From assembly GCA_900757495.1 (NCBI GenBank), contig CAAENX010000012.1, forward strand, positions 3,918-67,917: DNA of 64,000 nt. The letters run 5' to 3'. The DNA is from an uncultured Collinsella sp. GTDB taxonomy: Bacteria; Actinomycetota; Coriobacteriia; Coriobacteriales; Coriobacteriaceae. Within the stretch, counting starts at the first letter, position 1, and the number at the start of each line of letters is the position of its first letter. A model generated the notes under the pieces. That model was not told the DNA's origin. It made no database searches and saw nothing but the letters and a program-made list of their open reading frames with translations. Both the position numbers and the translations under genes were made by a program. Shown piece by piece: positions 18,987-27,112 of this stretch.

Positions 18987-19898
18987 ATGTCTGAGAACGA
19001 AGAGATCATGAACGAGACCGAGAACGAGACCATGGCTGCCGAGGTTGAGACAGTCGAGACCGTGGAGACCGAAGCTGCCGAGGTTGAGGCTGCTGACGAG
19101 GTTTCCGCCGAGGAGGAGGCCGAGGTTGTCGAGGCCGCCGTTGATTACGATGACGAAGAGCTGATGGACAAGATGCAGAAGGCCGCCCGCCTGCTGCGTA
19201 GCCGTCGCTTTGCTATTTCCAAGGAGGAGGAGGCCAAGGCCGAGCGCATGGCGAACATCGAGCGCGCCATCAAGCTCCTTGACCTCAAGCCCAAGATGGA
19301 GCAGAAGGAAATGTCCGACCTGCTGGGCATGCGCCTTCGTGAGCTCGATGGTCTGATGGCCGAGGCCGAGGCTGCCGATCTGGTCGGCCGCATCGACGAC
19401 GCCGAGGGCGATATGCGCAAGATCGTCGTCTTCGCTGCCGAGGATGCTGCTGAGGGCCTGGTCGAGCTTGCCAATAAGAAGGAGAAGCTCCTGCCCGAGC
19501 TTTCTTACGAGGAGGCCACCGAGCTGATGGCTGCCCTCGATAAGGTTATCGCTCCGCTCGTCGCCATGGGCCTGGACGAGGACCGCGGTCCTCGCGGCGG
19601 CCGTGACGATCGCGGTGGCCGTGGTGGCGACCGTGGCGGTCGCGGCGGCTTTGGCGATCGCGGTGGCCGTGGTGGTGACCGCGGCGGTCGCGGTGGCGAT
19701 CGCGGTGGCCGTGGCGGCTTTGGTGACCGTGGCGGCGACCGTGGCGGTCGCGGCGGCTTTGGCGGCAACCGTGGCGGCTATGGCGACCGCGGTGGCAACC
19801 GTGGCGGCTTTGGCGGCAGCCGCGGTAACGACCGCGGCGGTCGCGGTGGCGATCGTGGCGGCCGCAACGGCGGCGGCTTCCGCGGCAACCGCTTCTAA
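18987..19898 (+). CDS. Hypothetical protein: acidic N-terminus, MarR-like winged helix, RGG-repeat tail
   Basis: AAGGAG RBS, strongly biased codons; QKEMSDLLGM...L...GLVGR-like (DLVGR)...D.RK pattern; about 100 aa of GGRGGDR/GGFG repeats. Confidence 0.75.
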   Translation: MSENEEIMNETENETMAAEVETVETVETEAAEVEAADEVSAEEEAEVVEAAVDYDDEELMDKMQKAARLLRSRRFAISKEEEAKAERMANIERAIKLLDLKPKMEQKEMSDLLGMRLRELDGLMAEAEAADLVGRIDDAEGDMRKIVVFAAEDAAEGLVELANKKEKLLPELSYEEATELMAALDKVIAPLVAMGLDEDRGPRGGRDDRGGRGGDRGGRGGFGDRGGRGGDRGGRGGDRGGRGGFGDRGGDRGGRGGFGGNRGGYGDRGGNRGGFGGSRGNDRGGRGGDRGGRNGGGFRGNRF

Positions 19899-19899
19899 T

Positions 19900-20051
19900 T
19901 AGTTACGCGGTTCTACGAACCGCGTAACCAGTTGACGCTGCAAACCCGCCAGAGCGGCAATCTGCCTTTCAACTTCGGCGGCATGACCAAAAGGTCAATG
20001 CCGCCTCGTTTCAAGGCACCTTGCTCGCTCTGGCGGGTTTTCGCTGGCGTT
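19900..20051 (-). repeat. Structured ~150-nt element, copy B (inverted relative to copy A)
   Basis: Reverse complement aligns to 18212-18364 with conserved loops and compensated stems. Confidence 0.85.
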
Positions 20052-20079
20052 GCCAAAACATCGGCATTACCTTGATTCG

Positions 20080-20132
20080 AACCTGCCAAAAAGGGACAGG
20101 TTTATTTTGGTCGGTTTTATCTGGGCAAACGT
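20080..20132 (+). repeat. REP-like repeat, family R1
   Basis: 51/53 nt identical to the reverse complement of 44425-44477. Confidence 0.85.
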
Positions 20133-20146
20133 GGCCGTCTATCGCA

Positions 20147-20208
20147 ATGTAGTCGTTGGGGACGTTCTTGTTTGACTAGTCGTTTAAGAACGTCCCCAAC
20201 GACTACAT
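20147..20208. repeat. Long inverted repeat with GGGGAC core
   Basis: ATGTAGTCGTTGGGGACGTTCTT...AAGAACGTCCCCAACGACTACAT. Confidence 0.8.
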
Positions 20209-20211
20209 AGC

Positions 20212-20279
20212 ATGAGAGTGGATAATCTCCCGGTTTGAGCCTGCATTCAAGCTCAAAGTGGAAGATTATCCACTCTCAT
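20212..20279. repeat. Long inverted repeat
   Basis: ATGAGAGTGGATAATCT...AGATTATCCACTCTCAT; degenerate extra arm near 20290-20309. Confidence 0.75.
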
Positions 20280-20319
20280 TTGTTATGTGTCCGATAATCC
20301 ACGCTCGTTTCTATTCCGC

Positions 20320-20907
20320 CTACATTTGTAGGAACAGTTCGTGGAGGCGGGTGTCGTAGTCGAGTTCGGGATGGAAGGTGACACCGAGCTGGTTGCCCTG
20401 GCGGGCGGCGACGATGCGCCCGTCGACTTTCGCTAAGGCCTTGGCGTCGCCGTGGACCTCGACGATGCGGGGCGCGCGGATAAACGTCAGCGGCACCTCA
20501 CCGTCGATGCCGGCTACCTGCCCCTTGGTTCGAAAGCTGCCGAGCTGCCTGCCGTAGGCATTGCGCTCGACAAGTACGTCCATTGTTGCCAAACGCGGCG
20601 TGCCCTTATCGTCATGGGCGGCAAGGTCGTGAGCCAGCAGAATCAGGCCGGCGCAGGTGCCCAGGACGGGCATGCCTTCAACGATACGGGCACGAAGCTC
20701 CTCGAGCATGCCCAATTCATCTAGCAGCTTCCCTTGAACGGTAGACTCGCCGCCGGGGAGGACCAGGCGGTCAAAGTCCTGCCGCAAGTCGGCCGCCTGC
20801 CTCAGCTCAATACAGCGTGCGCCCAACTCGGATAGCCTTGCCTCGTGCTCGGCAAAGGCGCCTTGGACCGCCAGCACGGCGACCGTTTGGTCTGCATAAT
20901 CGCTCAT
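20320..20907 (-). CDS. pdxT: PLP synthase glutaminase subunit
   Basis: LAVQGAFAEH, LPGGEST, GTCAG, RNAYGRQ, FHPE. Confidence 0.95.
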   Translation of the reverse strand: MSDYADQTVAVLAVQGAFAEHEARLSELGARCIELRQAADLRQDFDRLVLPGGESTVQGKLLDELGMLEELRARIVEGMPVLGTCAGLILLAHDLAAHDDKGTPRLATMDVLVERNAYGRQLGSFRTKGQVAGIDGEVPLTFIRAPRIVEVHGDAKALAKVDGRIVAARQGNQLGVTFHPELDYDTRLHELFLQM

Positions 20908-20927
20908 GTGCGATCCTTTCTGCTGGA

Positions 20928-21818
20928 CTAGCGTCCGCGCTCCTCCATGATGATCTCGATCTCGTCGGCGTTGATGCCGACCATGGCCTCGCCCAGGTCC
21001 TCCGAAAGCTCGGCGATGAGTTTGGCGTCGGTGAAGTTGGCCACGGCCTTGACGATGGCGGCGGCGCGCTTGGCCGGGTCGCCACTCTTAAAGATGCCCG
21101 AGCCGACAAAGACGCCTTCGGCGCCCAGCTGCATCATCAGCGCGGCGTCGGCGGGGGTCGCTACGCCGCCGGCGGCAAAGTTCACGACGGGGAGCTTGCC
21201 CGTGGCATGGACCTCGCGGACCAGCTCGACCGGCACCTGCAGTTGCTTGGCTGCCTCAAAGAGCTCGTCGTCACGCAGGGCAACTACGTCGTGGACCTGC
21301 TTTTGGATCTTGCGCATGTGGCGCACGGCCTGGACCACGTCGCCCGTGCCCGGCTCGCCCTTGGTGCGGATCATCGTGGCGCCCTCGGCGACGCGGCGCA
21401 GCGCCTCGCCCAGGTCACGGGCACCGCAGACAAACGGGACGTCAAACTGGGTCTTGTCGATGTGATAGACGTCATCGGCGGGGGAGAGAACCTCGGACTC
21501 ATCGATGTAGTCGATCTCGATGGCTTGAAGGACCTGCGCCTCGACGATGTGACCGATGCGGCACTTGGCCATGACAGGGATGGAGACGGCCTCTTGAATG
21601 CCCTTGATCATCTTGGGGTCACTCATGCGCGACACGCCGCCGGCGGCACGGATGTCGGCCGGGATGCGCTCGAGAGCCATGACGGCGCAGGCGCCTGCCT
21701 CCTCGGCGATGCGTGCCTGCTCGGGCGTGGTGACGTCCATGATGACGCCGCCCTTGAGCATCTGCGCGAGTTCGCGGTTGAGTTTGACGCGATCGGCCTT
21801 GCTGGTCTGTTCTGCCAT
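20928..21818 (-). CDS. pdxS: PLP synthase lyase subunit
   Basis: [29 protein letters not shown]. Confidence 0.97.
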   Translation of the reverse strand: MAEQTSKADRVKLNRELAQMLKGGVIMDVTTPEQARIAEEAGACAVMALERIPADIRAAGGVSRMSDPKMIKGIQEAVSIPVMAKCRIGHIVEAQVLQAIEIDYIDESEVLSPADDVYHIDKTQFDVPFVCGARDLGEALRRVAEGATMIRTKGEPGTGDVVQAVRHMRKIQKQVHDVVALRDDELFEAAKQLQVPVELVREVHATGKLPVVNFAAGGVATPADAALMMQLGAEGVFVGSGIFKSGDPAKRAAAIVKAVANFTDAKLIAELSEDLGEAMVGINADEIEIIMEERGR

Positions 21819-21963
21819 GGTTGCTCCCTTGGTTGGCATGTGCATTGCTTGACGGAACATCCTATCGGGGAGCTGGGTATGGCGAAATACTCAGCTTTCG
21901 AGATAATAACAAGGACAGATTAATACCAGATTGAATGACTCGATAAGGTCAGGTGATAAACTC

Positions 21964-23391
21964 ATGCTTGACTACAACTTGGAACAACGCGGCGAAGCAT
22001 CGCTTTATGAGTATGTTTACCAGCAAATTCGAGATGATATCGTAGCTGGACGCATTGGGGCGGGGGAGCATCTGCCGTCTAAGCGCGCCTTTGCGAGTCA
22101 TCTGGGAGTCAGTGTCATTACTATCGAGAATGCATATAGCCAGTTGCTTGCCGAGGGCTATATTTGCTCAATGCCGCGCCGTGGCTACTACGCTTGCGAG
22201 CTTCCGGATGCACCGGTTTTGGCTTCGGCTGCGGAGGGCGTCGACCGAGATGCCGTCTCTGTGGGCCCCAGCGCGCATGATGTCAGTCGACAGGTCGACC
22301 GATTCGATGCACTTTCTCCTTCCGCTTTGGAGGCGGCGCGGCTTTGGCAAAGCGCGCTACGGGCGACGCTGGCATCCGAGGACGAGCGCGAAATCTTTTC
22401 GCCCGCGCCGGCGCAGGGCACCGCTCGGCTGCGACGTGCGATTGCGCACCATCTACGCGGGACGAGGGGTATGAATGTCGATCCCGACAACATCGTTATC
22501 GGTGCGGGCGCCCAGTTGCTCGATACCATGTTGGTTCAGCTGCTTGGCGCGGACAAGGTGTATGCCGTTGAGGACCCGGGCTATTTGCGCCTGACGCGCA
22601 TCTATCAGGCCATGGGTTGCGAAGTGCGGCATATCCCGTTGGACGGTGAGGGCGTGGACTTGAGCGCTCTGCAGAAAACCGGGGCGGATGTCCTTCACCT
22701 GATGCCGTCCCATCAGTATCCGACCGGCCTTGTGACGAGCATTGCGCGTCGCTATGCCCTGCTGAGCTGGGCCGCCGAGCAGCCGGACCGGTATCTCATC
22801 GAAGATGACTTTGATTGTGAGTTTCGCCTTGCCGGCAAGCCGATTCCTGCGCTCGCGTCGATCGATGCCGCTCAGTCGGTCATCTACACCAACACGTTTT
22901 CGAAGAGCCTTTCCTCGGCGTTGCGTCTAGCGTATATGGTGTTGCCCGATGAACTAATGGAGCGGTTTAGGCGCAACCTTGGTTTTTACGCCTCGTCGGT
23001 GAGCTCTGTTGACCAGGTGGCTTTAGCGCGCTTGCTGGAATCGGGTGATTACGAGCGACATGTGAACCGCGTGCGTGTTCGTGCTCGCGAGGCGCGTGAT
23101 GGCCTGGCGGCGCTTGTGCGGAAGACATTTCCGGCGGGGGAGGTCTCGATCGAACATGCGGATGCGGGTCTTTACTGCATCGTGGTTGCGGAGCGTGGCG
23201 CGGGCGGAAGCTCTTTTACGCGGGCACTTATGCGCTCGAATATCCCTTATATCGATATCGGTGACTGCTTTTGGCGTGCCGATGGTTCATCTGTCCCCAA
23301 AAACTTGGCTCGAATCCTTGTCCAGTATGACGATTTGAGTCCAAATGCGCTTAATACCCTGGAATCGCAACTAAGGGGCAACGTCCTCTAA
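21964..23391 (+). CDS. pdxR: MocR/GntR-family PLP-responsive regulator
   Basis: GntR HTH (LPSKRAFASHLGVS), EDPGY, PSHQYPTG, EDDFD, TFSK; divergent from pdxST. Confidence 0.85.
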   Translation: MLDYNLEQRGEASLYEYVYQQIRDDIVAGRIGAGEHLPSKRAFASHLGVSVITIENAYSQLLAEGYICSMPRRGYYACELPDAPVLASAAEGVDRDAVSVGPSAHDVSRQVDRFDALSPSALEAARLWQSALRATLASEDEREIFSPAPAQGTARLRRAIAHHLRGTRGMNVDPDNIVIGAGAQLLDTMLVQLLGADKVYAVEDPGYLRLTRIYQAMGCEVRHIPLDGEGVDLSALQKTGADVLHLMPSHQYPTGLVTSIARRYALLSWAAEQPDRYLIEDDFDCEFRLAGKPIPALASIDAAQSVIYTNTFSKSLSSALRLAYMVLPDELMERFRRNLGFYASSVSSVDQVALARLLESGDYERHVNRVRVRAREARDGLAALVRKTFPAGEVSIEHADAGLYCIVVAERGAGGSSFTRALMRSNIPYIDIGDCFWRADGSSVPKNLARILVQYDDLSPNALNTLESQLRGNVL

Positions 23392-23513
23392 CCTAAGTGA
23401 GTAGACTATTGGCGTTATGCCGACCAGACCGTTTTGCAGCAAGTCATCTACCTGCGGCTTTGCAAGACAAGATGGCCTGCCTGCTCGGGAGTTTCCAAAA
23501 AGCCTACTCACTT
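23391..23513 (+). mobile_element. ~125-bp MITE-like element with terminal inverted repeats, left copy
   Basis: AAGTGAGTAG...CTACTCACTT ends; about 96/123 nt identical without gaps to 24811-24933. Confidence 0.75.
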
Positions 23514-23696
23514 GCTGTGCAAAGCTTCCGCATAAGAGAAATAGCGGGTTTTCAACAGGGCTCCGTCCAGTTCTTGACAAGCTTTTGGCCAGTTGGGGAG
23601 GGCTGTTGAAAACTTAACAGTCCGTTCGGCGCCCTTTTCGGTACGTTCGCGCCAATGCGTGAGCGCCCGGGTTGAAATCCGTGTTTTCCTGTGCCT

Positions 23697-24824
23697 ATGA
23701 AGGATCTACTTTGTGACATATCGGCTTTTAGGTACTGGCGTTTGCCCCCTCAAGCCCTCGCTTTGTGTCCGCCACTTCCACGACCAGAAGAAGATCGGCA
23801 GCGATATGAGCTCACCCGTAACCCGACGGCTGCGGTCGTGCTCGGCTTGCCGTTGCATACATTGGTTCGGACGAGAAACAGCCGGACTTGCCCTTCTAGC
23901 ATTAGGCAACGACTGTTCCTAGGTGAGCTCCCTAGGGAATCCGTCCTGGAAACGGAACATGGGTTTTTGGTTACGTCTCCTCTGCTGACGGCATTCATCA
24001 TGTCGCGGTATCTGACGGATCTCCAGCTTCTTTTGGTGTTGGCGGAAATGTGCGGCTTGTTTGCGGTGTGTGCTCTGCCGGCGGCGCTTGAGGCGGAGCT
24101 TTCGCGTGCAATTGATTCGGGTGCGATTTCGGCAACCTTTGGTTGGGCACGTTGCCCGTCCGAGGGCGGTGCCGCCTCAAATTTGTGGCGGCGCGACGCT
24201 TTAGTTTTGGACGGAGATCTTGACCGTTTTTGTTCAGATGTTTGTGGGATGCGTTACGGCAAGCGATTTGTCGCGGTATCGCATCTCGTTCCACTGGGCG
24301 CCGCATCGCCTTTTGAGGTTGAGACGTATTTGTTGCTTGGGTTGCCACGATCATTGGGAGGCGAAGGTTTTTGCGGCATAGAGCTCAATGTTGAAGTGGC
24401 GCTAAGCACAAGTGCTCGGGCAATTGTGGGAAAGCCCCGCGTATACATTGATCTACTTCTGTCTTCGCCGGACGGAGAGCGACAGGTTGCTATTGAATGC
24501 CAGGGAAAGGCCTCACACGGGCGAGCGGGGGACGGTTTGCGTGACGCCGATCGTATGACGGTGCTTCAGGCCATGGGCTACGATGTATTTCTCCTGACAC
24601 ACGGACAGATATCCGATGAGGATAGATTCCGCGCGATTGTTAAGGCCGTATGCAGGTTGCTCGATGTTGAATATCGTGAGAAAAGCTCGGATGAGCAAAG
24701 GGCCGAGGCATTACTCCGGTCTGAACTATTCGTTGACTGGTCAAAATTGGGAGAAATCGGCGAAAAGATGCCCGTTAGACACAAAACAGCTCGATCGTGG
24801 ACGGCTGCGGAACTAAGTGAGTAG
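23697..24824 (+). CDS. Hypothetical protein with C-terminal PD-(D/E)XK / DUF559 (Vsr-like) nuclease domain
   Basis: AASPFE...YIDLLL...VAIECQG.ASH...DADR..VLQAMGYDV.LLT..Q; N-terminal VTSP motif as in AbiEi-like DUF559 fusions. Confidence 0.7.
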   Translation: MKDLLCDISAFRYWRLPPQALALCPPLPRPEEDRQRYELTRNPTAAVVLGLPLHTLVRTRNSRTCPSSIRQRLFLGELPRESVLETEHGFLVTSPLLTAFIMSRYLTDLQLLLVLAEMCGLFAVCALPAALEAELSRAIDSGAISATFGWARCPSEGGAASNLWRRDALVLDGDLDRFCSDVCGMRYGKRFVAVSHLVPLGAASPFEVETYLLLGLPRSLGGEGFCGIELNVEVALSTSARAIVGKPRVYIDLLLSSPDGERQVAIECQGKASHGRAGDGLRDADRMTVLQAMGYDVFLLTHGQISDEDRFRAIVKAVCRLLDVEYREKSSDEQRAEALLRSELFVDWSKLGEIGEKMPVRHKTARSWTAAELSE

Positions 24825-24937
24825 ACTTTTGGCTTGATGGTGACCAGGCCGGTTTGCAACAAGCCATTTACCTGCGGCTTTAAACAGCGCTACGGATGGT
24901 CTGCTCGGCAAGTTCCAAAAAGCCTACTCACTTAGTT
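24811..24937 (+). mobile_element. 127-bp MITE-like element with terminal inverted repeats, right copy
   Basis: AACTAAGTGAGTAG / CTACTCACTTAGTT perfect 14-bp TIR, extending imperfectly to ~22 bp; contains the nuclease gene stop codon. Confidence 0.8.
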
Positions 24938-25001
24938 TTTGACGAGAAGCCGATGCCGAAGTTGACCCCATTTCAGGGCGTTAACTAGCTCGCGAGACAC
25001 G

Positions 25002-25033
25002 AAAAAAGGCCCGAACCGTGCGGTCCGGGCCTT
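25002..25033 (-). terminator. Intrinsic terminator of the rubrerythrin gene
   Basis: AAGGCCCGGACC...GGTTCGGGCCTTTTTT on the minus strand. Confidence 0.75.
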
Positions 25034-25066
25034 ATCGAGCTAGAGATTGTCTCTCAGGCGGTTGGC

Positions 25067-25627
25067 TTAGCCAAAGTAGCGCTTGAGCAGGCCGGCGAAA
25101 GCCTTGCCGTGGCGAGCCTCGTCGCGAGCCATCTCGTGCACGGTGTCGTGGATGGCATCGAGGCCAGCGGCCTTGGCACGCTTGGCAAGATCGGTCTTGC
25201 CGGCGGTGGCGCCGTTCTCGGCCTCAACACGCATCTCGAGGTTCTTCTTGGTGGAGTCGGTCACGACCTCGCCCAGGAGCTCAGCGAACTTGGCGGCGTG
25301 CTCGGCCTCCTCGTGAGCAGCCTTCTCCCAGTACAGGCCGATCTCGGGGTAACCCTCGCGATGAGCGACGCGAGCCATGGCCAGGTACATACCGACCTCG
25401 GAGCACTCGCCCTCAAAGTTGGCGCGCAGGTCGGCAACGATGTCCTCGGAGACGCCCTCCATCTTGGCGACGCCCACGACGTGCTCGGCAGCCCACTCGA
25501 GCTGGCCCTCCTCCTGCTTCAGGAAACGAGAACCGGGAACGCCGCACTGGGGGCACTTGAAGTCCTCGGGCAGCTGGTCGCCGTCGAACTCTTCCACATA
25601 ACCGCAAACGGGGCAAACAAACTTCAT
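25067..25627 (-). CDS. Reverse rubrerythrin / NADH peroxidase
   Basis: N-terminal CPVC...CPQC rubredoxin site followed by a ferritin-like domain with EEAEH and DEARH. Confidence 0.92.
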   Translation of the reverse strand: MKFVCPVCGYVEEFDGDQLPEDFKCPQCGVPGSRFLKQEEGQLEWAAEHVVGVAKMEGVSEDIVADLRANFEGECSEVGMYLAMARVAHREGYPEIGLYWEKAAHEEAEHAAKFAELLGEVVTDSTKKNLEMRVEAENGATAGKTDLAKRAKAAGLDAIHDTVHEMARDEARHGKAFAGLLKRYFG

Positions 25628-25883
25628 GATTCGATCCTTTCGATCGATGGCGATGGGGCGCTTGTCCGGTCCCGTAAGGGCCCTCTCCGGACGTGCGTCT
25701 TGACGAGTTCTATTATCCATAAATGCAACCAAATGTGAAGCCTATTAGGAATGATTTTTAATAAAACAATTTTGAGATATGAAGATGTTGATTGATTAAC
25801 GATTGGCAGGCCGTCTGTGATCTCTGCTGAGTACAATCGGTCGAGCAAATGTTGACCAATCAACAAATGAGGGAGCCTCCTTT

Positions 25884-27104
25884 ATGCATCTAGCCCGCCG
25901 CGCCTGGTGCCGAACATATCAGACGGTTTTTCGCATTGCATTGCCGATCCTGCCCTATACCGAGCCGCGTATTTTGGAGCATGCCGAGGATGTGCCCGCG
26001 GTGCTTCAAAAGCGCTCGATCCAGAAGGTCCTTATCGTGACAGACCCTGGTATTGCACGTTTGGGGCTTACGGCCTCGCTCGAGTGTGCGTTCGCATCCA
26101 AGGGAATCGGCGTTACGGTCTATGCCGAAACGCGTGCGAACCCCACGGTCTCGAATGTGGAGGAAGCGGCGTCCTTGTATCGGGAGAGCGCCTGCCAGGC
26201 CATTATCGGCTTTGGTGGCGGTTCGGCCATGGACTGCGCCAAGGGTGTGGGGGCGCGCATTGCGCAGCCAAACAAGCCCATCAACAAGATGCGCGGCCTG
26301 CTGCGCGTTCATCGTCGCCTGCCGCTGCTCATTGCCGTCCCCACCACGGCAGGTACGGGTAGCGAGGTCACGCTTGCAGCGGTCATTACCGATGACGAGA
26401 CGCACTACAAGTACCCCATTAACGACTTTGTGCTTATCCCGCGCTTTGCGGTGCACGACCCCGAGTTTACGCGCGGTCTGCCCGCCTCCATTACGGGTCA
26501 GACGGGCATGGACGCCCTGACGCATGCCGTCGAGGCCTTTATCGGGCGAAGCACCACGCCCTACACGCGCAAGATGGCGCGTCAGGCGGTCCAGCTCATC
26601 CGCGACAATTTGCTCGAGGCCTATGAGCATGGCGACGACATGCGTGCGCGCCGCAATATGCTTTCGGCGGCGTATAAGGCGGGCGTTGCGTTTACCCGCT
26701 CCTATGTCGGATATGTGCACGCCATCGCGCACAGTCTGGGCGGCCGATACGGAATTCCACACGGTTTGGCCAACGCGATCATCCTGCCGCACATGCTTCG
26801 CGCTTATGGTGACGCCGCCGCCCCCAAGCTTGCCGATCTTGCTCGCATGGCGGGCATTGCGCCGGCTAACGCGCAGGACGGCCTGGCGGCCGAGGCCTTT
26901 ATCGATTGGGTCGACCGCATGAACGCCGCCTTGGGCATTCCCAAATATGTAGCGGGTATTCGCCGCTCCGACATTCCCGAAATGGCGGCGCATGCCGACG
27001 CCGAGGCCAATCCGCTATACCCCGTTCCTCTTTTAATGGACCGCCTGGAGCTCGAGCATATGTACGAAGTTGTTGCAGGTGGTATGTTTGAGGACGAGAA
27101 CTAG
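25884..27104 (+). CDS. Iron-containing alcohol dehydrogenase
   Basis: GGGSAMD, PTTAGTGSE, DALTHAVE, HAIAH, HG. Confidence 0.92.
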   Translation: MHLARRAWCRTYQTVFRIALPILPYTEPRILEHAEDVPAVLQKRSIQKVLIVTDPGIARLGLTASLECAFASKGIGVTVYAETRANPTVSNVEEAASLYRESACQAIIGFGGGSAMDCAKGVGARIAQPNKPINKMRGLLRVHRRLPLLIAVPTTAGTGSEVTLAAVITDDETHYKYPINDFVLIPRFAVHDPEFTRGLPASITGQTGMDALTHAVEAFIGRSTTPYTRKMARQAVQLIRDNLLEAYEHGDDMRARRNMLSAAYKAGVAFTRSYVGYVHAIAHSLGGRYGIPHGLANAIILPHMLRAYGDAAAPKLADLARMAGIAPANAQDGLAAEAFIDWVDRMNAALGIPKYVAGIRRSDIPEMAAHADAEANPLYPVPLLMDRLELEHMYEVVAGGMFEDEN

Positions 27105-27112
27105 GAGGGTTC

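Noticed and set aside
19585..19890. Tandem GC-rich repeats as a possible CRISPR array or non-coding VNTR
   Set aside because: They are in-frame codons of the RGG tail; there are no unique spacers and no cas genes in the window.
23391..24937. Classical IS element
   Set aside because: No DDE, HUH or serine/tyrosine recombinase motif in the ORF and no evident target duplication; kept as an unclassified cassette.
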